64,000 nucleotides of DNA from a virus, in the IMG/VR virus record IMGVR_UViG_3300031992_000005, positions 1-64,000 of that record, one strand, 5' to 3'. The notes under the pieces were generated by a model. It ran no database searches. It was given only the letters and a program-made list of their open reading frames with translations, and was not told the DNA's origin. Every line of letters starts with the position of its first letter. Within the stretch, counting starts at the first letter, position 1. This document shows positions 61,807 through 64,000 of the stretch, piece after piece. Both the position numbers and the translations under genes were made by a program.

Positions 61807-62010
61807 TTTTTCTAAGATTTAAAATTTCGAAATTTATCTTGCTGTGGTCAAGAACCGTTTTAGCTATGCCTAATACATCTAATCTCAAAACTAATCGAAT
61901 AATATCTTTCATATTCAATTTTGTTTTAAAACTAATCTTAATCATACATATGTAAGATTTTAACGGCTTCTCATTTTCCTCTTATTTTCACCTTACTTCT
62001 TTAATAATGT

Positions 62011-62832
62011 ATGATTGACTTTAAACTTAGAGAATGTGTATTTAAAAAAAGCACTAGAAAAAGAAAAAAGTTTTCAAAAAGAAGAAACTTTCTAGAGAAG
62101 TATGAAGGTTCACACATCGGTCATAAGAAGCTTCAAAAGCTTGCTGGATACTGGGGTAAAGGTAGAAAAATGATTCCGTACCTGACAACGATGGATGAAT
62201 TCTTTGCTTCTTATGAGGGGAAGGATTTCCAAGAGGCTTGTGAAGAATTTATTAGGAGATATAAGAAAAGTAGAACTAAGTATAAACTAAGATATCCATT
62301 ATCTGCTATATATACTCAATACCTATACGGTCATACATCTTACAGGTTTAAATTCTTTAAAGATAATTTTGGAATAATGCTCTTGAGTGCATCAGGTAGA
62401 ATAGGTATATTAAAGGACGGTACAATTAAGAGCTTTGATTTATACGATGCAAAAGAAACTTCAGACCAATATTACTCCTTTGTTAAGCTAAGAAGACAAA
62501 AAGAAGATTATGTATCTTATAATAAAAGATTCTTAAATACTTACTTGAATAGAATCAATCCAGACTCTAATTGGATTCAACCGCTCGGTAAATTATTTGT
62601 AGTAGATCTTGTGACAAAGAAAGTCATTCCTGAACCTAGGATGACCTATGTCATTAGAGTCCGTATGTATTCAGGGCGTTATATCGAATCCCTACCAAAA
62701 CTGAGTGTAGTTTTATCAACGTACACTAGGGTTGGTATAGCAGGAGAAAAAACAATCGGTATAATGGCAAGAGAAAGAAAAAATAATTATTATGTTTATT
62801 ATACATTAATAAAAAAGCCATATGTTAGGTAA
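62011..62832 (+). CDS. hypothetical basic protein
   Basis: 273-aa ORF, K/R-rich. Confidence 0.6.
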   Translation: MIDFKLRECVFKKSTRKRKKFSKRRNFLEKYEGSHIGHKKLQKLAGYWGKGRKMIPYLTTMDEFFASYEGKDFQEACEEFIRRYKKSRTKYKLRYPLSAIYTQYLYGHTSYRFKFFKDNFGIMLLSASGRIGILKDGTIKSFDLYDAKETSDQYYSFVKLRRQKEDYVSYNKRFLNTYLNRINPDSNWIQPLGKLFVVDLVTKKVIPEPRMTYVIRVRMYSGRYIESLPKLSVVLSTYTRVGIAGEKTIGIMARERKNNYYVYYTLIKKPYVR

Positions 62833-63361
62833 AATATATTTCTTAGTTAAGTCTAAGTTCGAAGAAATGGAAATATACCATAAAAAGATGACTGCACTTA
62901 GAGCAAAGATGGCTGTAGTTTATAAAAATTGTGGTAAATATAAACTACTGGTTATCTGGTCAGCAGTACCAATAAAAGAATTCTTCAGAAATTATGACGA
63001 TTATATAATAAAACCCATTGTAACTATTACATTTGCTTGTAGTATGTTACGTACTCCTGATAAAGTCTACGTAGAAGAATTCGATAGCGAGGAAGAATCG
63101 TTAGAAGCTTTGAATAAACTTTACACAAAAGAACAAGACGGCTGGAGAAGAATCGGATTTAAAGCGAGAAATGAGGAGGGTACACTCTACAGAGGACAAG
63201 ATATTCTTAGTCGTTCTGAATTTCTTACTAATATATTACTTGGTAGTGTGAGGGGAGATAGAATTAGGTTTGGGCGCTTTAACCTAATAGAAAAATGCCT
63301 GAATAGCTTAGCAGTTTTTTATAAGAAACAAGCCATTTTAAGAAAAAAGGAAGGGAATTAA
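62822..63361 (+). CDS. hypothetical protein
   Basis: 179-aa ORF. Confidence 0.55.
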   Translation: MLGKIYFLVKSKFEEMEIYHKKMTALRAKMAVVYKNCGKYKLLVIWSAVPIKEFFRNYDDYIIKPIVTITFACSMLRTPDKVYVEEFDSEEESLEALNKLYTKEQDGWRRIGFKARNEEGTLYRGQDILSRSEFLTNILLGSVRGDRIRFGRFNLIEKCLNSLAVFYKKQAILRKKEGN

Positions 63362-63936
63362 TCCCTTCTTTTTTTATCGAAATCATTTTCTATTTCTTCA
63401 TATAATAAGTCTTCTTCAATTTCAACAGGATCTTCTACTGAAGGTTGAGGAAATTTTTTATTCTTTTTCTCTATGGCATTTTTTCCATTTCCCCACCTAA
63501 AGTTGAGCCAACCGTAGTATTCACCTTCATCCCACTTATAATTTTCAGGAACTTCTCCAGGTTTTCTGAATACACTGTCCATGAATAAAAGATTTCCTGT
63601 CTTATGAGGATAAGAGTAATTTTCTAAACCAACTCCTCCCACTTCAACCGGTTTATTTAGCTTAAAGTCTAGGACTAAATATCCCCACCAGTAATGATCC
63701 TTGTCATAAATATAGTTTTTATTGTATATATTATCACATATACAGTACAATCCAGTATTAGAAGACCTTGCCGTTTTCTCCCGATACCCATCTTTATTAA
63801 CTTTGTTAAGAACAGATATATTCTCATCAGGGCGTCTTACATCTTGATAAATTTCTTTTATCATTTCAATATCAGGCTTAAGCTCTTCTAGGGTATCTGC
63901 CTCAAACCTAGATTCCTTGATCCAACGAGAAGGCAT
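63358..63936 (-). CDS. hypothetical protein
   Basis: 192-aa ORF, convergent with and overlapping the stop of 62822-63361 by 4 nt. Confidence 0.6.
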   Translation of the reverse strand: MPSRWIKESRFEADTLEELKPDIEMIKEIYQDVRRPDENISVLNKVNKDGYREKTARSSNTGLYCICDNIYNKNYIYDKDHYWWGYLVLDFKLNKPVEVGGVGLENYSYPHKTGNLLFMDSVFRKPGEVPENYKWDEGEYYGWLNFRWGNGKNAIEKKNKKFPQPSVEDPVEIEEDLLYEEIENDFDKKRRD

Positions 63937-64000
63937 CTTAAATATGTCTACTCCCCATTCTTGGGCTATTAAGACATATCTTTTAGTGTGTTCAAATGCT

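Noticed and set aside
1-64000. Alternative genetic code (TAG or TGA reassignment), as seen in some large gut phages.
   Set aside because: Long uninterrupted ORFs cover nearly the whole window under the standard code. The ORF-poor regions contain all three stop codons in the one frame I translated in full.
1-64000. Prophage or mobile-element boundaries, integrase, transposase, att sites.
   Set aside because: No recombinase-like ORF or flanking bacterial housekeeping context was found. The only clearly cellular-type gene, gltX, is embedded in phage regulatory cassettes.

Overview
AT-rich, densely packed window with short monocistronic or overlapping gene blocks, mostly on the minus strand. It has no rRNA, tRNA, integrase or transposase that I can recognise. 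It reads as part of a large virulent bacteriophage genome, probably of a Bacteroidales host: the embedded glutamyl-tRNA synthetase looks Bacteroides/Prevotella-like from memory, and a BspA-type leucine-rich-repeat protein is present. Most of the roughly 87 plausible CDS have no recognisable family. Recognisable ones are: an SF2 helicase, a ClpC/ClpA-like double AAA+ unfoldase, translation initiation factor IF-1, a radical SAM enzyme, endonuclease V, a HAD phosphatase, RNase HI, a DUF488 protein, a MoxR/AAA_5 ATPase paired with a VWA plus HExxH metallopeptidase protein, GluRS (gltX), a DHH/DHHA1 phosphoesterase, a CX5R phosphatase, a RlaP-like nucleotidyltransferase, and a four-gene amidoligase/amidotransferase cluster. 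A conserved cassette punctuates the window on both strands: a hairpin plus T-run terminator immediately followed by ATCCCCTTAATGCCTTATATA-like sequence. I read it as a phage-specific terminator-promoter cassette. The most interesting observations are: (1) a tandem array of miniature promoter-to-terminator units with no coding capacity at 6.7-7.5 kb; (2) the amidoligase / GAT-II / peptidase C26 operon at 54.7-58.9 kb with its flanking paralogues; (3) gltX inserted behind a duplicated promoter plus first-8-12-codon cassette; (4) a G10 homopolymer that separates a translationally coupled leader ORF from the LRR protein frame; (5) a roughly 500-nt hairpin-rich non-coding region at 50.9-51.4 kb; and (6) a small antisense transcription unit at 54.5 kb. 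All family calls rest on motif recognition by eye. No searches were run, and coordinates of small features may be off by 1-2 nt.
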